From positions 10,055,525 to 10,119,524 of the forward strand of contig OZ316896.1 in the NCBI GenBank assembly GCA_973895155.1: a stretch of DNA of 64,000 nucleotides. Reading direction: 5' to 3'. The notes under the pieces were generated by a model that had not been told where the DNA came from, made no database searches, and was given only the letters and a program-made list of their open reading frames with translations. The stretch is from Marsupella aquatica. Taxonomy: Eukaryota; Plantae; Marchantiophyta. Positions 38,095-51,120 of the stretch are shown here, piece by piece. A program made the position numbers and the translations under genes. Position 1 is the stretch's first letter. Each line of letters begins with the position of its first letter.

Positions 38095-41000
38095 TCAATC
38101 CTCTGAGTGTGCAGAACCTCTCTCTAATATAGCAGACTCTATAATTTTTTTAGTTTTTGCTGCTATTTGATTAGTACTTAAAAGCGCAAAGTTGTATGCA
38201 TACACCGCTGTTGATGATAGAACTAGTTCATCTTGGAGAAGTCGATTAGATATATTATCTTTCTCTGGAAAATATTTCCCATCAATAGCAGACTCAGCAC
38301 TTGCCTCAGTTGTGTACCATGTGATTTTGATTCTCTTAGGAATGTCTGCAGTTCTTGTCAAAATCTTTGACACCTTTGCCATCCAAAACAACTTGCCTTC
38401 TGGATCCTTGTGTGCCGCTACACATATCATGGACCACTTATTGTTAACTTCCATATCTCTGAAATCTCCAAATTCAGCTTGCTTTCGTCGAGGTCCGGAG
38501 TACATAATTCTCTGTGGTCTAGCAACTTTGTCAACCAAAGTTGGATCAACACCTTCTTCAACAAGTTCATTTCTCACCCTTGGAAGTAGTTGTGCACCTT
38601 GATTTTGTTGCGGCCAAACCCACTCAAATAACCACTCACCTTCCTCTAGGTGGTTTTTGATAATATCTTTTTGTTTCTCAAAAAAACTCATCCACCAAAG
38701 TTTATCTTCATTGTCAAAGTAATTGAAACCTTCCTGGATAGCTTTTTCATATTTCACCAGAGTAGTTAATGCACCATCTGTATTGGAAGAATCATGGACA
38801 TCATCCCTCTCAACACCTTTTGCTGACTTCAGTGACATTTGTGCAGCAACCCACATTCTTGAAGTTGGAATGTAATTGACGAACGTCACTGCATCTCCCC
38901 AATCCTGGGTCGTGGAAAGATGTTTCCCGTGAAATTTTGTCTCTTCGTTTCCATCCTCCATGACTCGTTTGAATCTGAATTGCCTTTGAAAAGTTATGAG
39001 ATTGAGATCTCTCAAGACTCTACTTGAGACTCCCTTCTCATTTGGCTGGTTGTTTTCATTGACAAATTTTCAAAAATCGGCTACTTCATCCACAAATATG
39101 ATCAAAGCTTCAGGTGAATATGCTCGTCGAATAATATCCCCAAGAGTCTCCAAGCGAAATGCTTTGTGCTTGTTTAACCTAGACAAAAATTTACTAAACA
39201 TCTGATCTATCTGGTCATGTGTATGACCGACCAACAAGAAACCCACTTTAATCTTGTCAAAAATCTTCAAATCTACTAACATGTGAAGATAAGCCATCAA
39301 GAATTTATTCTTGTTTTCCCGAGTGGTATTATCTAATTGAAGATATAACACTCTTGGTAATGTCCCATCCCATGTATTCAATACATTTTGAATAACATGT
39401 ATGGTCAAGTTTGCATCATTATGGATATTGGGATATGTCAAAAATACTTTTGCTACAAGGTTCCTGTTGAAGATGAGACAACCTACAACATGTATTGGAA
39501 TGAAATACTTTTCATCCATGTTCTTTGGACAACGAAGAAAATGTGGTAGCTCTATTTTCTTTTGATCCATACCATCTATACAAATACCCAAATACTTGTT
39601 GGGCTCATCATAGCATTTTTTACGATGCTTGGCTAACTTCATCCTTTCCAATGATTGTACTTTTCGATGCTCCATAAGGGCATTGATATACTTTCCTGAA
39701 ATGATACAATAGCAATGAATTAAAAATCAATAACTAAGGATAAACTGTGATAAATATTGAATTACATGTCATCAAATTAAAGTTGAAGGTTATAGTTAGT
39801 GGAACTTACTTTTATCCTCTTCAGTTGTTGCTTTGTCCCGAAGAGCCTTGAATTCAGTACAAGGACCACAAGTAGAAAATCGACTCCTTTTAGGAATTCG
39901 TACATTTGGAAACTTTTTTTTCCAAACATGCAAAAAATAAGAATATGTAACTTGTTGTTCTTCTCGCAACATTGTTTCAGCTTCAAAGATTCCATGTATC
40001 TCTTGCTTTGTCCAATTGTCTGGCAAGTGATGAATCTCTTTATGGGGAAGACTATCCATATTTTTTTGGAAAAAATCTTTCAACCATTCCACCAAGTTTA
40101 GAAATGAAGGTGAGTCTTCCTTACAAAAGGTATCTCGTTCAATCCTTGTAAACATGTTTGCATGGATTGTTGCCAATCTATTATTACCTAAAGAATATAG
40201 TTTCTTGAATCCTCCTCTACATATAGGTTGTCCATTTACACTATATCCACGAGAAGTACTACAGTTGTTCATGATACAACCTCGTAGCAAAATATTTTTT
40301 TGCAAGTGTTTAAGACCAAAATAATACTTGCGTTGTTTTGAGCATTCCTCTAGACCCAGAGACCTCAAGCAAAACTTGTCACAACAGGGATACTTAAAAA
40401 TATCTTTAATTTTGCGTTTTTTTAGATTTGCAATGGTAAGTCTATCTTTTCTAATCATCTGATCTCTGATTTTCTTGCTGGGTCTTGTCACCTCTACTCT
40501 ATCCTGAATAGTGTCGGGAGAACTTACCCCCTCACTATTTTCTAGTGAATTAGAATTTAAAACAAAAAGATTTTCTGTAGAGTTGTTTCCACTCTCCACA
40601 TTTTTTGTAACTGTTTCATGAACAATCTCACCTCCCAGGATCTCTTCAACAACATTTGAGATTACAGCAGTCTCTCTGTCATTTGCAGCCTCCTCTGATC
40701 TCTCTTCAGAGTCTTCTAAAAATGTAATAGGTGTTTGGATATTTCTAGTTTGAAATCTTCTAATGATATTCACATCTTCAGTCGGAGTACCGCCCACTTG
40801 TCTCTAAGACTGTAATCCCAGCCTAGGTGATTCTTCTCGACTTGAGGGCTCATCTTGACCATTGAATAATCTTTGGACAAGTTTCAATTTAGCATGTACC
40901 CTTGAATTTTCGGGCCCTCTCTCTGGCAGCTCACTTCGCAATAATCTCCGAGGAATTTTTTGGACACTAGATCTCTTCCCTCTTTCGTTCTGCGCTTGCC

Positions 41001-41980
41001 GTCCAATGGAAGATCCAAAAACCTCACACTGCATCCTCGCCAAAGGGCTTCGAAGTCCCATGTTGTTAGTTTTACCACTGTGAAATAACTGATGGGAATA
41101 CCGATTGGGATCCATGGATCCCAACTCGTATTCGTCCTTCGGGACTTCGAAGTAAAAACTTTCCCACTTGCTGTTTTGCGTCATGACTTGGTAATTTTTC
41201 GTTGCGCAATACGAACTGGGATCCGCATATCCCATTTCGCATTCCACCATCGGAACTCGGGTTGGAAGTCCGTAAGATCGGTGACTCGGGCACAAGATTC
41301 TGCAAAATAACACGAGGGAATACTAAGTGGGATCCATGGATCCCACTTCGTATTTGACCCAAGGAATTTGGTACTGAAGGAGACGAAATAGGTAATTCGC
41401 GTTCACCGTTTCTCAACATTCAAGTAGAAAATACCAAGTGGGATCCACGGATCCCACTTGGTATTCCACCCACAAAATTTGGCTCCGAGGCTGCCCCTCC
41501 CTGCAATTCCGGCACATTTGGACTCCTCATTCGCTCAAACTGTGATTGAACACTGGACACAGCTATCTTCACTCCCGGAGAACGAGACATTGGAAAAACC
41601 AATGGAGATCTTCGGGCGGGCCTACATGATAACGTTGTTCTTGGCATTAAAAACCGGGGCCTTTGCCTTTGAAGATTTGTCGGGGTTCGCGGTGAACCAA
41701 GTGTCTCTGTCGTAGGAACTACATTAGGCTTCTTTACAAGTAGACGTCGTTTAAGAGATTTACTTGGAGAGACATAGTATGAAATCGGAGCACCCACAAC
41801 ACTCCTACAAGACTCTGAATCAGACTCTGATTTCTCAGATTCTGAGGAAAATGAAATCTTTGGCACTACTCTCTGTGAGGCTGGTAATTCATTCATCAAA
41901 CGAGATGGAATAAATTTTCGAACAACATCTGGCGAAGATGCATCTGAACTGTAAATTGACTCATCACTTGAAGACGCCAT
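38095..41980 (-). pseudogene. Inner Sola-like DDD transposase, spliced, with premature stops
   Basis: PCCDKFC, TCGPC, IDGMDQ, LQLDNTTRENKN, FLLVGHTHDQIDQMFS; intron near 39697-39810; TGA at 39070 in frame with ORF 38095. Confidence 0.85.
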
Positions 41981-42765
41981 AGAGAATCAAACAAGGGTTC
42001 TATAGGAGTACGTATTCGTATCCAACAGAGAAAATTCAGATTACAGTATTCTATGAAAACAACTACTCAATACTGAACGAACCTCAAAGTAATCGCGAGA
42101 AATGAAGATGAAAAACAGATGCGAGCTCTTCCTTTTATAGTTTTCGGGGGCATTGGACACATGGCATTCCCTGATTGGTCCGTACGAGGGTTTTTTCACG
42201 TGAGAGTCTGTCTTTTCAAAGAATGCTGAAATTTAAATTGTAGATTTTCGAGGAAGTCGCCGTGGATCCCAGTTGGTCTTCAAACTGGAATATCAAGGTA
42301 TGTGATGCAAAAACTTCAAAATGTAGAGGTTGAATACTAGATGGGATCCATGGATCCCATCTGGTATTCATCTTCCTGTTTTCCCAATCAGTTTTTGGAC
42401 TTGCAAAAAAAATGGGATCCATGGATCTCAGTTGGTATTCATGTCGAAAGATCTCCTGATGCAAAGTTGCAAGTGGAAAACATTGAGGTTGAATACGATA
42501 GTGGATACTTGGATCCCATCTCGTATTCATCATGCGTTATGGTCTAAAAAGTTTCCGGACATGTCGTCAGGTTAACTTAACTAACTGTGTGGTTTGACTG
42601 TAGTCCGCGGTCAGTTTTTCGCAATTTTCAATTTTATTGCAGTCAAAAATTCAAACATTTTTAACCCGAGGTTAAATGGAAGCGTCAAGAGAATGATTTG
42701 GTGTGGATTTCGTCCATGTTCAATAGTTGAATCCGAAATGGGATACGCCGTATCCCATTTTCAGT
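41085..42765. repeat. Palindrome arrays 4-5, mostly the TGGGATCCATGGATCCCA variant
   Basis: Copies near 41090, 41206, 41316, 41436, 42329, 42412, 42488, 42726. Confidence 0.85.
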
Positions 42766-43109
42766 TTGCCATTTTGATGGCGAAAATGAAATCTTGTGTT
42801 TTACTCATTTTGTTTGACGCTCAGATTTAGCTTTTAGAAGGATCACGTGAAAAGCATTGTTTTTCCAGGTTTTGGAATTTGCACTTTTTTTAGATGAAGT
42901 GTATCGGAATTCTGGATTGTGACAATTCTGTGTTTTTGCATCGACAGTCTCTCGATTTGAAATCCGATGTTGGATGCTATTTTGGATTCATCCTCAAAAT
43001 AGCCTTTTTGATCTTAATTTTAGTGATTTTTCGCCGTTTTTCGCGAAATCAAAAACACACTTCTCGTTTGGTGGTCATACTTCTCGTTTGGTCCATCACT
43101 GTGTTGGAA

Positions 43110-44807
43110 GGGATCCCGGAGTGTATGCTCACTTCAGTTTCACTGGGCTTTGGCCGGGAGATGCAGACTTCACAGTGACATCATTGGCCAAGTGCCTTAG
43201 AGATCTGGAGGATTACAAGGGGGACAAATCTGGACACCACCTTGAAGGATTATATTGGGCTGCAACGAGGCCAATTTTTCAATCTCTTTTGGACTTTGAA
43301 GCATTTCTCGCAGGTTACTTAGAACCCAAAAAAGTCTCAATTGCTAGATTTCAAGGAGCTGAAGATGACCAAGATCTTGGGTTATCAAATGTGGTGGATG
43401 ACAACTTTGGTGTTGATCCCAAGGCTACATCTACCTCTTTCAAACCATTGCCAAGGCACCTGACCTTGCAAATGGATAATTCAGGGAAAGATTATAACAA
43501 AAACCAGTACGTGATGGCATTTTGCAGTGAGCTTGTTAGTAGAGGGGTTTTGAAACAGTGCATATGTCGTTTCTCATGGTTGGTCACACCCATGAGGATG
43601 TCGATGCATTGTTTTCAAAAGTATCCAACCAAGTGAAGTACAAGGAGGTTTCTACCCTCTTGGGGTTGATGGCTGAGGTTTGGGAGTGTGAAAGCATTCA
43701 TCCTGTCCCACGGTTGATCCAAGAGGTTGCAGCTTATAAAGAGTTTTTGAAAACTTTCAAGGTAAAAGACATAGAGGGTCACTCAAAACTAGTGGCATTT
43801 CTTTTCTCTATGAGAGATAATGTTCCAATATATCAATACAAAGCACATGTGAAACAACCTTGGTACCCTCCAACCGGAAGGTCCATTTGGAGAACTGATT
43901 CCAACACCAATGCTCTCATTTTACCAGAAGGTCAACCGTTTGCAAAACCCATCTCCGGGGATGTACGAGGCAAGGTTGAAGAAATCATCCCATTGCTTAA
44001 TCATTACATTGAGTTTTTGAAGAAGAGTTGTAAGGATGAGACCTCTACAGTATATCGTGAGCGGTTTCCTTTGGTGAAATATTGGGAGATGGTGGTGCAA
44101 GTATTATCTGGGGAGCTTACAATTGAAGGGGAGGTAGAAATAGCATTGACATATGAATTCTGGCCAAAAACCAACCACGGAACTGGTTACAAGGTTAATA
44201 GTACAGGAACCTCTGAACCATTTGGGGAGCCTAGTAGTAGTACACAGAACCCACAAATGGTGGAGCTTCAGAATGAGTACTTGGAAGAGATGGAGGATCA
44301 AGCTGGCACAACATTTGTTGGCGCTTGACACGAGCGAGAACTTGCACTTGGATTCCTCTGCAGGACATTCAAGAGGGTCACTTTGTATTTCTCCGTCCAG
44401 AGGATGAATGGGAAAAGAAGAATAGGAAAGAACGTTTCTGGTTGGTGAGAGCTTTGGGTGTTGTGGACCCAAACCATGAAGTTCCTTCAGGAGACTTGCA
44501 ATGCAATGAGAATTCTCCTACTAGTACACGGTATGCTCCTATGTTCCAAGTGCAATGGTGGAGGCCTAAACATGGTAAGCATGATGCACCGGATCATGTG
44601 CGATATTCACGTTGCTTTCAGACCACTAAGACTTGGGAGGTGGATCCTGGGTTTGACAGTGCCACTGAACGTTGGCAATTTGCTAATTCTGCTATGTATG
44701 GATTCAAGTCACGCTCTAGAGAAGAAAATATAATTGATAGAGGTTTGACCATTCCCAAGAATGTTTTGAAAACACTCAAAACCTACATGGAAGGGATTGT
44801 TGAGTAA
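43110..44807 (+). pseudogene. Outer Sola-like transposase, C-terminal part
   Basis: LTLQMDNSGKDYNKN and SFLMVGHTHEDVDALFS (second and third catalytic Asp); two frameshifts. Confidence 0.85.
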
Positions 44808-44832
44808 GTCAAATGTTTTTTAGTAGTCACTC

Positions 44833-44970
44833 TGTCAGAGTGAGGGAGTCTATGTCATTTAGTTTGGAATTAGACATGTCAGAGTGAGGGAGTCTATGTC
44901 AATTAGTTTGGAATTAGACATGTCAAAGTTAGGGAGTCTAGATGTCAATTAGTTTGGAATCAGACATGTC
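44833..44970. repeat. ~45-bp tandem repeat, three copies
   Basis: TGTCAGAGTGAGGGAGTCTATGTCA(A)TTAGTTTGGAATTAGACA units. Confidence 0.8.
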
Positions 44971-47053
44971 TTTAGTACTTACTGTTGGTTAGTACTAAGT
45001 AGTATATCTATTTAAGTAACTAATTATTATAATATTTTGGGATACTAGTTTGAATAGGTGGAGGTAATTGGACTTGGATACCTTTATAATTGCTTTAATT
45101 AATTATTATATCAATACAGACTATATATTACATGAAGTCTTAATATCCATGATAGGATGTGAGTGCCTCTTACTAGTAAACCTTAGTTTCAACTCGAGTT
45201 GCTTACTTAGAATGTAACAAATTATTTGTCTGAATGGATAGTAAGCCAGGTATCATTCAAATTTAATATATTAAATGCTCTCAATTAGTAACTAAGTAGA
45301 AGGTTAATTTAGCTAGCTAAGGGTAGAGATCATATTGAAGCTTTACTAGTTATATGGGTAGAGATCATATTGAAGCTTTACTAGACAGTTATATTCTATT
45401 AGTCAAATTGAATCAATGTAAGAAAGTTCTACTTCTTATCCAACATATTTTACATTATTATCACCCAAATATTTTTCTTTAGAATCCAAATTAATATTTC
45501 ATTTTCTCCTATGTACAATCTTGATCCCCCAAATGTACAACATCTGGTGCCCAAATGTACAACACCCACTGCCCAAATGTACAATTCTTGTGCCCAAATA
45601 TATATTTTTTGGTGCCTAAATGTCCAAAGATCAAAGAATTTTCCAGTTTTAATGAATAGACTGATCAATATTAAAGGGGTCCAAAAATTAATTAAAAATC
45701 TATATGACACAAAGGATGCCCCTTGATAACTAAGGCACATTGAAATAAAAATACATTACACAAAATTCTTAACCAGACAAAATCTGAAAGATGGCTTCAC
45801 TATTATAGCATGCTCATCCTGGAAAAAAAGATGTTGGGGCCATACAAGGATTCCAAACACTCTTTTAGCCCCAGTACACTACATAGATGGCCCTCAGTTT
45901 GCTTTGATTAAAAAAGGCTCAGAAGTGGGCTCAGAAGTGCCCCCAATTTCTTGTAAAGCCACCCTAAGGGCCGATCAAACATTTAGTATTAGTTAAAGGA
46001 AAGAAAATGCAAGGACATTTTTTGAAGAAAAAAAACCAGCAAAGGTAGGTTTAATTCTTCTCCAGAAAATCATTCCTAATTATATAGGATCATCTGACAA
46101 AAATGGACCTTGTTAGGGAGATCAAGGGCCCAGTGACTCCATAGACCTGTTAGGTTAGATCAAGGGCCATCTCCATAGACCTTGTTAGGTTAGATCAAGG
46201 GCCCAGTGAATTTATTTTCTCCAGGGACAAAGCATGCACTATGGCAGCGTCAGGGAATACAGGGTTACTCTCCATAAGCTTAGGGTGGCTTTACAACAAG
46301 TGCAACTTCTTTAGACTTTGTTCACCAAAACAAATTGGATGCCCACATCTTGTTGTAAATATAGGCTTTTCACCAAAACAATTTTGAAATGCAGTTGAAA
46401 AATGCATCTACATTGAAAAAAGAGCCAAAGTATTAAAATGTTTGGACCACGAGCAATGGTGTTTTAAAATTCACTTGACAAAATCAGCATTCCAGACCAG
46501 CGTTTTCTTGGGCCCACCTCCTATTCATATCCTAATTAAACCACTTGCATTTTATCCACTCATTTTAGGAAATGAAGTCAAACAATGGGCCCCCTCTGCT
46601 TGTAAAGCCACAACTAGTGAAGTGATTCGTAGAATTTGCCATAATAAATGTTTATGCTCTTTAAAGTGTAAGTTAAAGTAACACAATGGGATCCCGTTGC
46701 TGTAAACCCATCCTCAGTGAATTAATTCATAGAATTTGCCAAGTCAAAGTCAAAGTCCAAGACCAAGCACCTGCACAGCCAGGCTACACAGATGCTCAGA
46801 AAGCTTTCCATCGTGCTCATGAACAATATATAACACTGGTCTAGTACGCCTCTTTTCCTCACATGTCATCCAACTGTCTCCTTGCTGATTGAGCCAAGTC
46901 GCCAGGATTAAAGTTTTTGTGAAATCGTTGAAAGCATTTGCATCTAATCCAGTGCCCTCTCCATTCGCACTGCGAGTTCGCCGGGCGCATAGAGCAATAA
47001 CACCGCAGGCAATTCAATCGACTGACAGGCTCGATACAGAACAATTAAAGTCT

Positions 47054-48096
47054 ATGACGAACAGTAGAGATCATAGGAAGGATGGTGGCTCGAGGAGTGG
47101 ATCCAAACTCCTGATCATCATTCTGCTGGTTGCAATTACTATGCTACATGTCAAATCCGTGGCTTCTACTTCTCGATTCCATCAGAGTCTCCCAGGTATG
47201 ATTATATCACAGATGCATCGAGCTCTGTAGAGAAAGAATTGAGAGCCATAGACAGAAGAGCTTCAGATATTATATGCCATTGGACATGTATTCAGTAATA
47301 CTACCTATTATGTAGGAATTGGCACTGAGGCCCCCGTAGTGAAAGGATTGGACCACATTTTGGAACTCTAGCTAGCGTCTAGCTCGAAATCCATCGGAAT
47401 AAATCATCAATACTTGATGTATATGACATTAGAGAGTTCGACGAGAAATTTTTAGTTCAGTTAGTACAGTCATTGAGCGTTTGCCACTTTAAGGAGGTTT
47501 TGCTTTGCGCTATGTGACAGATATGATGCATTCTGATGTCGAATCTCCAGTGGTTGCACGAAGTCTCCGAGTTTCTCCCGCTCAGGTAACTATTTGTAGC
47601 CTCTAAATCTTTGCACAAGTAATTTTACCAAAATCATGCAATCAATTTAAGTGCTTGGGTTCCGTTTCGGTATAGAGAGTTCAATTCGAATGCCTGGACT
47701 TTGCTCGCAAATGCAATCCTGTTGGAATGGGATTCTTCGTCAATGAATACAGATCTTATCTGTTGGTTAATAGTAATCTCGAAATGCATACCTGATTAAT
47801 GATGGATCGTGGGGAGGGTAATCAATCTCTTTTGATTGAAGTTTCTCCATGCAGGATTGTAGTTACCATGAAAAGTATTGTCCAGCTAGCCAAGTCGACA
47901 AATGTGCAATTAACTTTCTCATGGGTCTTTTCCGAGTCGGTTTAGCTATACTTCCTACTCAGTACTGACTTGAGATCGAAAATTGCAGAGGTTTCTTTCG
48001 CAAAAAGTTTGTGACCCGTATGGATCATGCCAGTCCAGTGGAGATCATCCTAGCAGAAATAACGCTCGGCCATATCCACCTTCACCTCCCTCATAA
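47054..48096 (+). CDS. Small secreted peptide precursor, copy 1 (104 aa); exons 47054-47195, 47521-47585, 47989-48096
   Basis: Hydrophobic signal-like N-terminus; splice sites and phases conserved in three paralogues; C-terminus RFLSQKVCDPYGSCQSSGDHPSRNNARPYPPSPPS. Confidence 0.75.
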
Positions 48097-49638
48097 TTAT
48101 GTACAAGCTCCGGTTAGACTATCGCTCAACGAGGCCTAGAACATATAGCTCAAGACTATGACTGTGAACGAAGCAAAGTTGCAGTTATTATGGTCTGCTT
48201 CGAGGAAATCAATCATGTCAACTAGGTCAAGTAGCCAACCCAGGTTTCTTCATAGAAGCGATGCAATGGTTTTCTAGTGCTAGTAGTCCCTTGTTTTGTT
48301 TACTGGAATTCTCTCGGACAAGTTTTTTAAACCTGAGGTCAAGCTGACGTGCGTCACGAACTTATCAACGAAATTAGAGTTAGAAAGGTGTCTAGGTTTG
48401 TCTTGCGTTGGAAGCAGATTCCATGATCTCATGTAGAAAGATCTTAAAACATGTATACCCTACTTTTTCGTGTGTATTCTTCACAGAAGGATGCAGATAA
48501 GAGGCTTCCAATATTGGCCATGGTCATTTCAATGTATGTCCGAACGTGGGAGGACTTGAGTTTATATGTCAGACAAATTAAAGCCATGTATGTATAATTC
48601 TTAGATGCTTGATTTTATCTACGAGCTTCGTTGACCAGCAGTGACTCACTGGAACTTTACGTGTCTGTCCTCTTCTCGGAGCTACAATTCTTACACTCAG
48701 TCTGTTTAAAAAACTCTAACCGCGTTGAACTAACTGGCCAATCCGATTCTTTGGCGAACATGTATTCTAATTACTGGATAATATGAGGATGCATGGACCT
48801 GTCCACCGCATTTGACCTCAACCCAACAAGACGAGTTCTCGGGAAAGCTCTACGTGACGGGACAACACGATTAAGAACCACACAGTTGCATTTGGAGACA
48901 ACCAACGCAATATATATACTGGTACATAACAATTGCAACGAGAGGCAAAAACTTCCCTCGATAATTTAAGTTGTGCTGATGAATCACGAAATTTCTTAAT
49001 TGACGGTGCAATGCACTGTAAAATAAAATGAAATTCCTGGTAAACATGTGAGATATGTGCAACGAGTTATTCTTCGTTGGACATATGTTGCCAGTACTTG
49101 TTGAAATCCTCTGTCGATACTAACCTGCACAATTGTGTAGCATCAACCTTCTCATTTCTTTGAATGCATTTTATGGAACAACCAAAGTCAAATTCATGTA
49201 CAGCCTGAGTAGCGTGAAATCTGAACTTCCAAGCCACTGTTTGAGGTCCGCAAAATTTGGTTTAGGAGAGTTTCCTTTTACACAAATCAACGAAGAAGGA
49301 CTGCACCCAGACGTCACTAACTTGAGTACTTTAATCACCAGTCCTCATCCTTGCTTCCTACAAGGCTCAGTGCACTCGGCAAAATAAGAGGGGATAGGAT
49401 TTCATTGGTCATCTACACGCGCTCGCACTGTCTCAAAATTTCTCCGGGAACGTTTTCCGTTATTCGTCACGGCTGTGCCATGCTTCACCACATAAACATG
49501 GAGTGATGTCCTATTTCTATTTCCAAGCAGACGAGGGCAATTTGAGGCTGCACTGTACTGCTCTTAATTACTGGACAGCTAAATTGCCCCGAGAAAACCT
49601 GATTGACCAGGGTGTCTCTCCTAGTTTTGAGCAGATTA

Positions 49639-49838
49639 CACACTGAAAGCTTAAAGGATCCGTTAATGGCCAACGTTGGATGTGCATTTGTCAGGCTATT
49701 CCCTTGGCGAAATTGAGATTTGACAAATGCTCATCCAACGTTGGCCATGGCAGAGCCCGGGAAGAGGGCGAGGCCTGGGAATCAACTGAAGGTCGATAGA
49801 TAGGCATCCTGAAAGGGATCCTTTAAGCTTTCAGTGTG
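49639..49838. mobile_element. 200-bp MITE-like element with internal hairpin
   Basis: Perfect 23-bp TIR CACACTGAAAGCTTAAAGGATCC; internal 28-bp stem with one mismatch; TSD unclear (TA left, CA right). Confidence 0.7.
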
Positions 49839-50814
49839 CATTCCAAATTCCCTGGTTTTAATTAATAGATTTTTCAAATTTAAACAAGAATTGTAGTTTA
49901 AGTCATATAATTTGGTTTTGATTCAACTATATAAAAAACTTTCTCTCTTAAAAAATTGCTTACCTTACCTGAGTAGAGAAAAAAAAAGACTAGGGTCAGT
50001 TGGATCTAACGTCATTATAGTGACAACAAGAAATTATCGTATAAAATGGTTATGTAATGGGGAACTTGGTCACCATACCCGTCACCATATCTCAATGTTT
50101 AATTAACGGTCAGGGAAGATGCGCTCATTGTCAACTGGATTTAAGGGTCATTATAATGAATTAAAAATTTGACTTATTCAAAGGGGAGTTGTGTAACCGA
50201 GTGTGTAACGGGGACTTAGTCATCTATTCCAATGTTTCAGGTTTCAGGAAGATGCTCTCAAATAGTGCGATGCTGTACATATTATATATCGTAACAACTA
50301 GTATATGAAGGGTTGCAAGCAGCAGAATGAATCCAAGTTGAAAGTCAGACCCTTCCAGGTTCCACGTCCTTCCTCGGCCTATTTCCTTCATGATTGAGGC
50401 AAGGGATTTTTCCAGCATATCTTTACAAAGGTACAGCCAGCGTTGGCCATGCGAGAACTCCAGAAGAGGGAGAGGGCTGAGAATAAAATTAGACCGTCCA
50501 TGCAAAATGAATCCTTTGAATTGGTTTCAGAGGGTGATTTGCTAAAAACTAGGAGAGAAAATTGGTCAATCAGGTTTTCTTGGGGTAGTTTGGCCGTTCC
50601 GTTATTAAGATCAGTACAGTCTCAAATCGCTTGGATATTGAAATAGTACATTATTTACTCCATGTTGATTTTTGTGAAGCATGTCATACAGCGATGACAA
50701 AATAACCAGAAACGCTGAGACAGGGCAAGCGGGTGTAGATGACCAATGAAATCCTATCCACTCTTATTTTGCCGAGTTAACTGGGCCTCGTAGGAAGCAA
50801 GGAGAGGTGATTAA

Positions 50815-51120
50815 GATTGGCTAGGGGAGAAGTGATTAAGATTGGCTAGGGGATTAGCCTGGAAGGTGCAATCCCCCTCGATACCCGTGTGAATGGGATG
50901 GGTTTTGTGTGTAGGAGTTCTGATTATTTCCTCGGTCCTTGGTTGCACACTTTGTGGCCCTGAATTAATCCTCTCTCTCCTTCCTGGTGCGGGTCACTCT
51001 AGGATCAGTGGGGGCTCACCCTGAAATGGGTTCCATGCAAAAAGTGTATGTCACTACTGAGGTGGGGAGAGTCACTCTAGTAAGTGTTCTTCTTTACTTC
51101 CTTTCAAGACAAAAAAAAAG
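50815..51120 (+). mobile_element. Short poly(A)-tailed insertion (SINE or truncated LINE 3' end)
   Basis: Absent from the paralogous segments; ends in an A9 run; flanked by imperfect GAGGTGATTAA repeats. Confidence 0.4.

Larger units (their letters stand above)
30339..43105 (-). mobile_element. Inner Sola-like DNA transposon, 12,767 bp, both ends intact
   Basis: 35-bp TIRs (AACACGGTGACGGACCAAACGAGAAGTGTGACCAC, 3 mismatches); 4-bp TSD GGAA at 30335-30338 and 43106-43109; removing it restores the host frame LTHGRDPG. Confidence 0.93.
20650..45815 (+). mobile_element. Outer Sola-like (DDD transposase) DNA transposon; left end outside window, right end approximate
   Basis: Split DDD transposase, cargo genes and dispersed GCTCGAGATGATCTCGAGC palindromes; CCCAAATGTACAA repeats at 45510-45600; candidate terminus ...GCATGCTC at 45815 (unverified). 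Confidence 0.6.

Noticed and set aside
47521-48096. Assignment of the peptide genes to the CLE or CEP families
   Set aside because: No recognisable CLE or CEP motif; the conserved Cys pair does not fit
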